This document shows, one piece after another, positions 1-8,057 of a stretch of 32,450 bases of DNA. The stretch is from the NCBI GenBank assembly GCA_016214355.1, contig JACROO010000005.1, forward strand, positions 1-32,450, written 5' to 3'. The notes beneath the pieces were generated by a model. That model was not told the DNA's origin and did no database searches. It was given only the letters and a program-made list of their open reading frames with translations. Source of the stretch: Nitrospirota bacterium. GTDB taxonomy: Bacteria > Nitrospirota > Thermodesulfovibrionia > UBA6902 > DSMQ01. Both the position numbers and the translations under genes were made by a program. Positions within the stretch are counted from its first letter, which is position 1; each line of letters begins with the position of its first letter.

Positions 1-41
1 AAATTGCCCCTCTTTGTCAAAGAGGGGAGAGGGGAGATTTT
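1..41. repeat. Family-A G/C-tract palindromic element
   Basis: The sequence aaattgCCCCTCTTTgtcAAAGAGGGGagaggggagattt has a 9-bp stem. Related copies lie at 55-94, 7344-7390, 19191-19231, 19341-19421 and 32285-32326. The window edge may truncate this copy. Confidence 0.8.
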
Positions 42-54
42 TAGATAGATGCTA

Positions 55-94
55 AAAAATCCCCCTTAATCCCCCTTTGCTAAAGGAGGAATTT
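55..94. repeat. Family-A palindromic element, inverted relative to the 1-41 copy
   Basis: aaaaatcccccttaatCCCCCTTTgctAAAGGAGGaattt is the reverse-orientation relative of 1-41. The two copies could pair as a larger hairpin just upstream of the trpG RBS. Confidence 0.75.
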
Positions 95-114
95 GGTAAC
101 AGGAGTTTAGAGTT

Positions 115-684
115 ATGCTTTTAATGATTGACAATTATGATTCTTTTACCTACAACCTCGTTCAGTATCTGGGTGAACTTGGTGCGGATATAAGAGTCTT
201 CAGAAACGATAAAATTACAATCTTTGAAATAGAAAAATTAAATCCTGAGAGAATTGTTATTTCTCCGGGACCGTGCACGCCAAAAGAGGCGGGCATATCA
301 ATAGATGTGATAAAGCATTTCGCAGGAAAAATCCCGATGTTAGGGGTGTGCCTCGGACATCAGTCAATCGGTGCAGCATACGGGGGTGAGATAATAAATG
401 CGCCTACGCTCATGCACGGAAAGACATCAATGATTTATCACGACGGTAAAACCATCTTTGAAGGGCTCCCGAATCCATTTGAGGCAACAAGGTATCATTC
501 GCTGATAATAAAAAAAGAGACCCTGCCTGACTGCCTTGAAATAACAGCATGGACAGAGAGGGATGAAATCATGGGAGTAAGACATAAAGAATTTATAATT
601 GAAGGCGTCCAATTCCATCCGGAGTCAATACTGACAAAGGTGGGGAAAGATTTGCTCGGGAATTTCCTGCGGCTGAAGATCTAA
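115..684 (+). CDS. trpG: Anthranilate / aminodeoxychorismate synthase component II (glutamine amidotransferase, TrpG/PabA type)
   Basis: 189-aa ORF. N-terminus [19 protein letters not shown], catalytic Cys in [10 protein letters not shown], and His/Glu in VQFHPES. AGGAG lies about 9 nt upstream of the ATG. TrpG and PabA cannot be told apart by eye. Confidence 0.9.
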   Translation: MLLMIDNYDSFTYNLVQYLGELGADIRVFRNDKITIFEIEKLNPERIVISPGPCTPKEAGISIDVIKHFAGKIPMLGVCLGHQSIGAAYGGEIINAPTLMHGKTSMIYHDGKTIFEGLPNPFEATRYHSLIIKKETLPDCLEITAWTERDEIMGVRHKEFIIEGVQFHPESILTKVGKDLLGNFLRLKI

Positions 685-780
685 CAGGCTAACACTATCT
701 TGTTTGAATAAGGTTTGTTTGCTGGACATAACAGAGCGCAAGCGGGCTGGTTTATAATTTGAAGAAAGACGGGAAATAGC

Positions 781-1482
781 CTATTCGGTCTTCTTCCCAA
801 GATGTGTCAGGACGGCTTTAAGAAGTGAGGCGCTGTGTCCGAGCTGTATATATGCCTCTTCTTTTGTCATATCCCTGTTTTCCTTCTTAAGTGTACGGCC
901 AAGTTTTCTTGCCTGGTTTGCGGTTCTTGCAATTTCTTTTGCAAGGTCATCTTCAAAACTATCACGTCTGAGGTTAATCTGATACATATTCTTCTTTATC
1001 TTTTCAGTATTGCTTAAGACTTCATCCTCAACTATTCCGTCGTTTATTCCGTGATGCGTCTTATTAAAATCGTCGTAAGAAGTGTTATGAAGAGGCTGAG
1101 ATAAATCACCTATATAGTGGGCGCAAAAGGCAATGTGATACTCTGCATATTTGCCCGATATAGTCTGCCCTGTATATTCACGGAGTGAAGATATAATGGC
1201 GCCGTAAAGGTGCCCTGACGGGTCATTAGGGTTATTATATCTTTCAGCCTGCTTAAGAACTATTTCCGGCGTAACTTCATCATTCTCCTGATTATCAAAA
1301 AAATGGTTATACATTTCAATATTGCCAGCCTTTGTTTTAGTGATATCTGCGCCGGCGGCATTGTACCACTTGTAATATCCGGCTGCCTTTGCCACAGAAA
1401 GGTGGGTCTCGTCATGCCACCCAAAAGCCGCTGAGACATGAACCATAAGAAAAAAGAAAATGGATAATAATCTAATGTTCAT
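781..1482 (-). CDS. Secreted zinc-dependent hydrolase of the S1/P1 nuclease / phospholipase C fold
   Basis: 233 aa. Signal peptide MNIRLLSIFFFLMVHVSAA, then W-H at the mature N-terminus (GWHDETH). HYIGDLSQPLHN matches the HxxGDxxQPLH zinc-ligand motif of P1 nuclease, and a later HHGIND fits Hx3D. AAGGAG RBS. Confidence 0.6.
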   Translation of the reverse strand: MNIRLLSIFFFLMVHVSAAFGWHDETHLSVAKAAGYYKWYNAAGADITKTKAGNIEMYNHFFDNQENDEVTPEIVLKQAERYNNPNDPSGHLYGAIISSLREYTGQTISGKYAEYHIAFCAHYIGDLSQPLHNTSYDDFNKTHHGINDGIVEDEVLSNTEKIKKNMYQINLRRDSFEDDLAKEIARTANQARKLGRTLKKENRDMTKEEAYIQLGHSASLLKAVLTHLGKKTE

Positions 1483-1497
1483 ACCAAATCTCCTTGT

Positions 1498-2244
1498 TTA
1501 TTCAATCCTGAGCAATTTACCCGCAGGCATTCTATTAATGAGTTCTTCCACAGCCTTATTCATGGCATTCTCTAATTTTGATTCAACCGTCACCATGACC
1601 TTGTATTCCTGATTGCCCAACACAGGATATGAGCCAATAGCAACATCAGGATTGCCGGCAACCACTTTATTAAGCGCTAAGGCAATCTCCGGTTCATCGA
1701 CAGTCAGGAATAACTTTTTTAGAGAAAAAGATGCCGAGCGAAATCTCTCCTTGACTGCTGTGAATTTGTTTTTAAGATATTCAGGAATTCCGGGGAAGAT
1801 AAAAATGTTTTTGAATATGACAAGGGGGAAAACCTTATCACCTACATCCATAATCTCTGCTCCTTCAGGTATAAAAGCCATCTTCATGACAGCATCGTTG
1901 GCAGAGTCGCCAAATCTCCTGCAAAACCTCTCTGCGAGTTCAGGATGGCGCATCAGCTTCACGCCGAAACCTTCCGCTATCCCTTCCATGGTTACGTCAT
2001 CATGGGTAGGACCAACACCTCCCGAGGTAAAGACATAATCGTAAGTTTTTGAAAAGAAAACTGCCTCTTTCCCGATAATTCCGGGGTCGTCAGGGATAAC
2101 TGAAATACGCATAAGGCTAACACCAAGGGACCACAGCTCAGAGGCGAGATAAGAAGAATTGTAATCCCTTACCTTGCCTGAGAGTATCTCGTTGCCTATG
2201 AGTATGATTCCTGCAGTTTTCTCAGCGGACTGACTATTGTCCAT
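1498..2244 (-). CDS. CinA-like / MoaB-MogA-type molybdopterin-binding (MoCF-BD) domain protein
   Basis: 248 aa. IGNEILSGKVRDYNSSYLASEL ... FTSGGVGPTHDDVT is the typical CinA N-terminal / MoCF-binding signature. It lies 15 nt upstream of the nuclease-like gene on the same strand. Confidence 0.7.
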   Translation of the reverse strand: MDNSQSAEKTAGIILIGNEILSGKVRDYNSSYLASELWSLGVSLMRISVIPDDPGIIGKEAVFFSKTYDYVFTSGGVGPTHDDVTMEGIAEGFGVKLMRHPELAERFCRRFGDSANDAVMKMAFIPEGAEIMDVGDKVFPLVIFKNIFIFPGIPEYLKNKFTAVKERFRSASFSLKKLFLTVDEPEIALALNKVVAGNPDVAIGSYPVLGNQEYKVMVTVESKLENAMNKAVEELINRMPAGKLLRIE

Positions 2245-2348
2245 AAATATACTTTAGCAGAAATTTGAGTTGTTTTCATTTAATTCGCATAGCAGACATA
2301 CATCGTTTAAACTCCTTATATATCCCCGCAATATGATATATTATTTTT

Positions 2349-3967
2349 ATGGAAATTAAAAAGAAACTGGCTCAGGTCCCTTCCTCTCCGGGCATTTACA
2401 CAATGAAAGGGGTAAAAGAAAAGGTAATTTATGTAGGCAAGGCAAAAAACCTGAAAAACAGGCTTAAATCATATTTTCAGAAGTCTTCTTCGCTTGATGC
2501 AAGAAAATCTGCAATGGTCAGGGAAGTCAGGGGTTTTGACTATATTGTCACAGGCAATGAACTTGAGGCGCTCGTGCTTGAATCAAATTTTATAAAGAGG
2601 TTTAAGCCTAAATATAACATTATCCTGAGGGACGATAAGAATTATCCTTATCTCAGGCTCACTATAAATGAAGATTGGCCCCGGCTTGAAACGGCAAGAA
2701 GAATCACAAAAGACGGCTCGCTTTATTTCGGCCCTTTTGTGCCTGCAGGGGTTATGTGGGAAACTTTAAAATTTATAAGACGCACTTTCCCTCTGCGGAC
2801 ATGCAAGTATGACCTTGAAAAACCTTTCAGGCCATGCATACAGTACCAGATGGGAAGATGCCTTGCCCCATGTGCAGATGACCGCAGAAAAGAGACCGAC
2901 CATAAGCGGTATATGGAAACCGTTAATGAAGTAAGGCTTTTTCTTCAGGGAGAAAAAAAAGAACTCCTTTTAACCATGCAAGACAGGATGCAGAAGTTTT
3001 CCGATGAACTCAGATTTGAGGAGGCGGCAGGGCTGAGGGACCGTATAAAAGCACTTGAAAAGGCATGGGAAACACAGAGGGTTATATCGCATGAATTAGG
3101 GGATATTGACGTTATTGGAATCTACAGGGAAAATCAGGAGGCGTCAATATTCATCCTCTTTGTAAGAAACGGCATGGTTATCGGACAAAACGATTTTTTC
3201 CTGAAAAAGCTCAACGGCATAAACAACAGCGAACTGTCAGCAAGTTTTATTGAACTGTTTTATTCAAAGGAGATGTTAATACCGCCTAAGGTTGTCCTTC
3301 CGTTCAAAGGCAATTTTGAGACACAGATACTCTGGCTCAGCGAAAAAAGAGGCAAACCTGTTAAATTTTTATGTGCACCGAAGCGCGCAGATAAAGAAGA
3401 GACTAAAGTGCTTAAAATGGCATCTGAAAACGCTTATCATTCATTTTTAAGGCATAAGGATACAGCAGCTAACGAGGTTATTTCAGAATTAAAAAATCTG
3501 TTGAATTTAAAAACAACTCCGCAGAGGATAGAGGCTATTGATGTCTCCAATATCTCAGGCTCCGAGGCAGTGGGTGCACTTATTGTATGGGAAGAAGGAA
3601 ATTTTATCAAAGATGATTACCGTCTTTTCAAAATAAAAACAGTCAAAGGGATTGATGATTTTGCTATGATAGGAGAGGTGGCAGGGAGGCATTTTAAAAA
3701 TCTTACGGCAGATAAACTGCCTCAGTTAATTCTCATTGACGGAGGGATGGGGCAGCTTGAGTCAGCCCTGAAAGCCATGAAGCCCTTTGAACTGCCGGTA
3801 GAAATTGCAGCAATTGCAAAAGAAAAAGACGGAAAGCCGGACAGGATATTTCTGCCCGAGAAAAACAGTGCGCAATAAGAAAGGCTTCTGTTGAAGAGAT
3901 AGCAACCATTAAGGGGATTAATAAAAAAATTGCAGAGAAAGTGCTTGAAGCGATTAAAAATACATAG
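2349..3967 (+). pseudogene. uvrC: Excinuclease ABC subunit C (uvrC), disrupted by an internal deletion of roughly 200 bp plus a frameshift
   Basis: The 2349-3878 ORF (509 aa) carries GIY-YIG (GIYTMKG...VIYVGKAKNLKNRLKSYF), the UVR domain (FEEAAGLRDRIKALE) and the start of the RNase H-like endonuclease domain (IEAIDVSNISG...LILIDGGMGQL). It stops at ...IFLPEKNSAQ*. The expected LLQRIRDEAHRFAI...GIG segment is absent. The final HhH (AIRKASVEEIATIKGINKKIAEKVLEAIKNT*) is readable at about 3872-3967 in a different frame. Confidence 0.75.
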
Positions 3968-4001
3968 GCATACATGCCATCAAAACCTTAATTGAGCTGT
4001 T

Positions 4002-4056
4002 ATTCCGCACTTGCCTGCCCTCGAAGTCCTTAATCGGGGGATGCGGAATCCAGAAA
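4002..4056. repeat. Family-B element (ATTCCGCA ... TGCGGAATCCAGAAA hairpin)
   Basis: An 8-bp stem attccgca/tgcggaat, followed by the ggaatccagaaa tail also present at 17153-17165. It sits directly upstream of the pfkB-like RBS (AGGAGG). Confidence 0.65.
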
Positions 4057-4068
4057 TAGGAGGACAGC

Positions 4069-5001
4069 ATGAAAATTTATGTCTCAGGTTCTATGGCTTA
4101 CGACAGGATAATGGACTTCCCGGGAAAATTCTCTGACTACATCCTGCCTGACAAGATACACATCCTGAATGTGTGCTTCACTGTCAACGGGATGATTGAA
4201 AAATTCGGCGGGACCGCTGGGAATATCGCTTATTCCCTGAGTCTGCTCAAGACAGACCCTATTATACTTGCAACCATCGGCAAAGACTATAAACGTTATT
4301 ATAAGTGGCTGAAGAAAAATAAACTTTCAGCGGAGGGGATAAAAATAATCAATGAAGATTTTACTGCAGGGGCGTACATCACCACAGACAAGGCTGACAA
4401 CCAGATAACAGGATTTAATCCCGGCTCAATGAAATATCCTTCTGAATACAGGTTTGACAATGTTGACCCCAAAAATTCAATCGCTCTGATTGCACCCGGA
4501 AACCTTCAGGACATGGCTGAATATGCAAAAATATGTAAGAGTAGAAATATCAAATACGTCTGTGACCCCGGTCAGTCTCTCACTGCATGGGAAAAGAATG
4601 CTTTGACAGAGTGGATTGAGGGTTCAATGATTTTAATATCAAACGACTACGAACTTGAGATGATTATGAAGATAACAGGAATAAATAAGAAAGGTTTGTT
4701 AAAGCTGACAGAGATGATTATAACAACATTCGGTGAAAAAGGCTCGCTTATAAGCACCCCTGAATATGATATAAATGTTTCGCCTGCAAAGGTCTCTGAA
4801 GTCCTTGACCCTACAGGCGCAGGCGATGCATACAGGGCAGGACTGCTTAAAGGTATCGTTATGGGGAAGGACATTGAGACCTCTGCAAAGATGGGGGCCG
4901 TTGCCGCCACTTATGCGATTGAAAAATACGGGACGCAGGAGCATTATTATACATATGAAGAGTTTGTTGAGAGGTACAAGACGAATTTCGGGGAGATGTA
5001 G
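4069..5001 (+). CDS. PfkB-family carbohydrate/nucleoside kinase, resembling mycobacterial-type adenosine kinase
   Basis: 310 aa. The N-terminus IYVSGSMAYDRIMDFPGKFSDYILPDKIH...FGGTAGNIAYSLSLL resembles M. tuberculosis AdoK from memory. PfkB anion-hole motif DPTGAGDAYRAG. AGGAGG RBS. Confidence 0.8.
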   Translation: MKIYVSGSMAYDRIMDFPGKFSDYILPDKIHILNVCFTVNGMIEKFGGTAGNIAYSLSLLKTDPIILATIGKDYKRYYKWLKKNKLSAEGIKIINEDFTAGAYITTDKADNQITGFNPGSMKYPSEYRFDNVDPKNSIALIAPGNLQDMAEYAKICKSRNIKYVCDPGQSLTAWEKNALTEWIEGSMILISNDYELEMIMKITGINKKGLLKLTEMIITTFGEKGSLISTPEYDINVSPAKVSEVLDPTGAGDAYRAGLLKGIVMGKDIETSAKMGAVAATYAIEKYGTQEHYYTYEEFVERYKTNFGEM

Positions 5002-5011
5002 AGATAAATTT

Positions 5012-6085
5012 ATGATTAACGAAGCCGCATTAAAAACATACCTCAGAAAAAAGTTCAAAAATGTCCTCAGTGTGAACATACATAAGCTCGGTTCTGGTGT
5101 GCAGGGCGCGGGTTTTCTTGCTGAAATAAAAACAAAAAAAACAATTAAATCCTATGTGGTAAAAGCCCTCCGCTCTGATGGACTCGGACACGATTACCCT
5201 TCCGACAGGGCAGGAGTGTTTTTGCTTGACCTTGACGAGTTCAGGACGTTGCCGAAGCATGTCAGGGCGCTGGATGTGCTTGCAGAGATGAAAGACGGCT
5301 CGGTAAAATCCATTGGCGGCGGAATTGAATATTATCTCCTGATGGAAAAAGCAGAGGGTAGGCATTATTTCCATGACCTCTCTGAATTTGCGCATAAGAA
5401 AGGGCTTGAATCCTCTGATATTAAAAAAATTAAGGCAATGACATCATATCTTGCAGGGATTCATTCAATAAAAAAAGACTCCCGCCATCTTTACTTTAGA
5501 AAAATAAGAGACACCATCGGGCACGGCGAATGCCTGATGGGAGTCTTTGACACATATCCTGAAGGTGTTATCTCTTCCAAAGAGATGGCAGACATAGAAA
5601 AAAAATGCATTGACTGGAGGGCAAGACTGAAATCTAAAACCCACCGCCTCTGCCAGATACACGGAGACTTTCATCCGGGGAATATTTGGTTTAAAGCAGT
5701 TGACAGTTCACTGTCAACTGTCAACTGTCAACCCGACTTCGTTTTGCTTGACCGCAGTAGGGGTCCGTGGGGGGATGCGGCGGATGATGTGACTGCTCTG
5801 ACAATAAATTACATCTTTTTCTCTATAAATCATTATAGTAAACTTCATGGCACATATCTTGAGGCGATAAAATTATTTTTTGAGGATTACATTGAAAAAA
5901 CCGGAGATACCGAACTTTATGAAGTTGTTGCACCCTTCTTTGCATTCAGGGGCGTAGTCGTGGGAAATCCTGTCTTTTATCCAAAAGTATCGCATAAAAA
6001 CAGGCGCAGGATTTTTAACTTTGTGCACGGAGTGCTGGAGGATGAGTCATTCAGGATTGAAAGGGTGAATGAGTATATCTTATGA
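5012..6085 (+). CDS. Aminoglycoside-phosphotransferase-fold (protein-kinase-like) small-molecule kinase, substrate unknown
   Basis: Catalytic loop IHGDFHPGNIW and downstream LLDRSRG (compare APH(3') HGDLGDSNIF...IDLGRSG). The track ORF begins at 4775 inside pfkB. ATG 5012 (MINEAALKTYL) is the first start after the pfkB stop. Confidence 0.7.
   Translation: MINEAALKTYLRKKFKNVLSVNIHKLGSGVQGAGFLAEIKTKKTIKSYVVKALRSDGLGHDYPSDRAGVFLLDLDEFRTLPKHVRALDVLAEMKDGSVKSIGGGIEYYLLMEKAEGRHYFHDLSEFAHKKGLESSDIKKIKAMTSYLAGIHSIKKDSRHLYFRKIRDTIGHGECLMGVFDTYPEGVISSKEMADIEKKCIDWRARLKSKTHRLCQIHGDFHPGNIWFKAVDSSLSTVNCQPDFVLLDRSRGPWGDAADDVTALTINYIFFSINHYSKLHGTYLEAIKLFFEDYIEKTGDTELYEVVAPFFAFRGVVVGNPVFYPKVSHKNRRRIFNFVHGVLEDESFRIERVNEYIL
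5699..5732. repeat. CTGTCAA-type heptamer array inside the kinase CDS
   Basis: gttgacagttcactgtcaactgtcaactgtcaac is partly self-complementary. The same unit recurs at 7451-7485. Confidence 0.85.
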
Positions 6086-6113
6086 AAATTGGTAGGGAGA
6101 TTTTAAGAAAACT

Positions 6114-6899
6114 ATGGACATTAAAATTTTAAGAAAAATTGGCAAGCGTCTGAGACAGGAAATCCCTACTCTTGCGGAGAAGCTTCGCGGAAGCAGCCCC
6201 ATTGGAAAGGGCGCAAGCGGCGACCTGACATATCCGCTTGATAAAAAAGCTGAGGATATAATCTTTGAAGAATTAGAAAAACTCAACAAACCTCTTACCA
6301 TTGTGTCAGAAGAATACGGATTTAAGGATATAAAAGGCGGGGGGATAAAATTTTTAATAGACCCCATAGACGGAAGTAAGAATGCACTTTCCGGCCTGCC
6401 TTTTTTTTCAACTTCAATTGCAGTCGTAGAAGGCGACACTATTGAACACACTTCAACAGGCTATGTCATAAATTTAATAAACGGAAACGAGTTCTGGGCG
6501 GTAAAGAAAGGCGGTAGTTTTTTTAATGGAGTGCCTGTAAGGGTACAGCAGGATGATATTTTTCATGTTATTGCATATGAGGCGCAGACGCCGAAGATTG
6601 ATATTCCGAAAATTCTGCCCCTGCTCTCCCTGTTTCGCAGGACAAGATGCCTCGGCTCAACAGCCCTTGATATGGCACTTCTTGCACAGGGCGTTGTCAG
6701 TATGTTTATAACCCCTGCACCATCAAGAAGTTTTGATTTTGCCTCAGGATACTTGCTTATTAAAGAAGCTGGAGGGATTGTTACTGACCTGAATGGTAAA
6801 AAGTTAGATAAGACTCCTGTAGGAATTCAAAAGGCGTCTCCGCTTCTTGCCTCGGCAAATGAATCGCTCCATGAAAAAGCTATTGAAACATTAAAATAA
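6114..6899 (+). CDS. Inositol monophosphatase / fructose-1,6-bisphosphatase family protein (archaeal MJ0109-like type)
   Basis: 261 aa. Motifs SEE(Y)G ... LIDPIDGSKN ... FDFASGYLLIKEAGGIVTD. The layout resembles bifunctional IMPase/FBPase. Confidence 0.85.
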   Translation: MDIKILRKIGKRLRQEIPTLAEKLRGSSPIGKGASGDLTYPLDKKAEDIIFEELEKLNKPLTIVSEEYGFKDIKGGGIKFLIDPIDGSKNALSGLPFFSTSIAVVEGDTIEHTSTGYVINLINGNEFWAVKKGGSFFNGVPVRVQQDDIFHVIAYEAQTPKIDIPKILPLLSLFRRTRCLGSTALDMALLAQGVVSMFITPAPSRSFDFASGYLLIKEAGGIVTDLNGKKLDKTPVGIQKASPLLASANESLHEKAIETLK

Positions 6900-6901
6900 A
6901 G

Positions 6902-7025
6902 AAAACCACAGAGGGCACAGAGACACAATTCATTGTAAATTTATCAATACAAATTTTACATTTAAAATTTAAACTGATAAATGCTAATTTTTCAATGTAT
7001 GTTTTTCTCCGTGTTCTCTGTGGTT
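6902..7025. terminator. Long-range inverted CACAGAG-type repeat pair filling the convergent suhB-like / mqnA gap; possible bidirectional terminator hairpin
   Basis: AACCACAGAG (6904-6913) pairs perfectly with CTCTGTGGTT (7016-7025). Weaker pairing continues inward (ggcacagaga / tctccgtgtt), and the loop is about 75 nt and AT-rich. The right arm overlaps the mqnA stop codon. Confidence 0.4.
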
Positions 7026-7968
7026 AATCCCTTTTCTTAAAATCAGCAAACACATACTTCTCAAACAGCTTCAAACCTTCCATATGCCTCTCGGTAAAGT
7101 CGTATGATATGCCTTTCCAGTAAGTAACAAGCTCTTTTCCACTTAACCACTTTCTCTGCAGTGCATATCGGGATATCAAAGAAAAATTTTTATGTGCAAA
7201 CTTTTTTGCAGCAATTAAATCAGAAGAAAGACTTTTAAGAGGCTCTTTCTTCTCTAAGAGTGTTTCGTTTCGCACAATCCAGAGGGCAAAAACAAAAGGC
7301 AGTCCGGTGTGCTTGAACCATAAATCTCCAAGATCGTAAATATAAAATCCCCCCTCACCCCCCTTTGACAAAGGGGGGAAGGGGGGATTTGAGTGATGAG
7401 TGATGAGTGATGAGTGAGATGTCAAAAAACAGCCGTCAGCGGTTTTTTTATTGACTGACAACTGTGAACTGTCAACTGTCAACTGTTTTTTCGCTTTCAT
7501 CGCATCATCCCCTATAAACAGGCAGGCAGGGAAGTCAGAAAGCAGCCTTTTGAGAGAGCCGCTCTTTACTGTTACAAACCTGCATTTTAATGAATAAAAA
7601 TCCCTGAGAATAATCTTAAGAAGCACCACTGACGTCTCTGACTGCGATGATACTGCAATGCTTTTTTTATTGAGTGATTCCAGCGGATATTTTGAAAACA
7701 GGAATATACTGCGGATAGGTCCTTCTGAACTTATAGAAAGCCATGGGATAATTGAGTACTTTTTCCTGCGCCTCAAAAATTCAATGGATGATGACGGACT
7801 CAGGTCAATCTTTCCGTCCCTCAACATCTTATTCAGCGAGGAAGGCACGCCATTAATGAACTTATATTTTGAGTGGTCGCATTTATTTTCCAGATAATAG
7901 TAAATGGGAAATAAATTGGCGTATGAGATTTTGCCTATTCTGAGTAAAAGATTGTTTTTGTCCGGCAT
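7024..7968 (-). CDS. mqnA: Chorismate dehydratase MqnA (futalosine menaquinone pathway) carrying an in-frame repeat-derived insertion of about 47 aa
   Basis: 314 aa. RIGKISYANLFPIYYYL start, then IGDDAM ... YDLGDLWFKHTGLPFVFALWIV, typical of the MqnA/MqnD periplasmic-binding-like family. Residues QLTVDSSQLSVNKKTADGCFLTSHSSLITHHSNPPFPPLSKGGEGGF are encoded by repeat DNA. Confidence 0.75.
   Translation of the reverse strand: MPDKNNLLLRIGKISYANLFPIYYYLENKCDHSKYKFINGVPSSLNKMLRDGKIDLSPSSSIEFLRRRKKYSIIPWLSISSEGPIRSIFLFSKYPLESLNKKSIAVSSQSETSVVLLKIILRDFYSLKCRFVTVKSGSLKRLLSDFPACLFIGDDAMKAKKQLTVDSSQLSVNKKTADGCFLTSHSSLITHHSNPPFPPLSKGGEGGFYIYDLGDLWFKHTGLPFVFALWIVRNETLLEKKEPLKSLSSDLIAAKKFAHKNFSLISRYALQRKWLSGKELVTYWKGISYDFTERHMEGLKLFEKYVFADFKKRD
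7344..7485. repeat. Composite repeat block inside mqnA: family-A palindrome, GAGTGAT heptamers, an A/T-flanked hairpin, and CTGTCAA heptamers
   Basis: 7344-7390 is aaaatcccccctcaccccccTTTGaCAAAggggggaaggggggattt, a near-perfect 47-nt palindrome. 7391-7421 is gagtgat x3 plus a partial unit. 7421-7455 is gtcaaaaaacagccgtcagcggtttttttattgac. 7451-7485 is ttgactgacaactgtgaactgtcaactgtcaactg. Confidence 0.9.
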
Positions 7969-8019
7969 TCAATAATTTTAGCACAAAACTTGTTTTTGTT
8001 GCGGAGACATTTTTGCCGT

Positions 8020-8049
8020 CTTGCATCCTGCAACTTGCATCTTGTATCC
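8020..8049. repeat. CTTGCAT-type heptamer array
   Basis: cttgcat cctgcaa cttgcat cttgtat cc, in the divergent mqnA / DUF401-like intergenic region. It is related to 14090-14118. Confidence 0.8.
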
Positions 8050-8057
8050 TTATTTTT

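Noticed and set aside
1613-2038. 141-aa plus-strand ORF, together with many similar track ORFs: 427-618, 835-1017, 3733-3975, 4647-5079, 5030-5395, 6080-6451, 7658-8098, 8436-9055, 11520-12431, 16121-16864, 17382-17748, 19769-20266, 20451-20801, 21973-22533, 23734-25605, 25899-26514, 28953-29201, 29243-30053, 30267-30944 and 31206-31900.
   Set aside because: All lie antisense to or out of frame with genes that have strong family signatures. Their composition is typical of shadow ORFs, and none has a start context or a recognisable motif.
4775-5011. The upstream 79 codons of the track ORF 4775-6085, which would overlap pfkB by 227 nt.
   Set aside because: This part is an alternative-frame reading of the conserved pfkB C-terminus (Arg/Leu-rich nonsense). 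The kinase-like homology begins after ATG 5012.
7421-7455. gtcaaaaaacagccgtcagcggtttttttattgac resembles a rho-independent terminator inside mqnA.
   Set aside because: The G:C core is only about 3 bp, and it lies within an open reading frame. I treat it as part of the composite repeat insertion rather than as a functional terminator.
8013-8057. TTG start giving MPSCILQLASCILIF before the DUF401-like protein.
   Set aside because: These codons are the in-frame reading of the CTTGCAT heptamer array. ATG 8058 gives a normal TM1 start. The choice is not certain.
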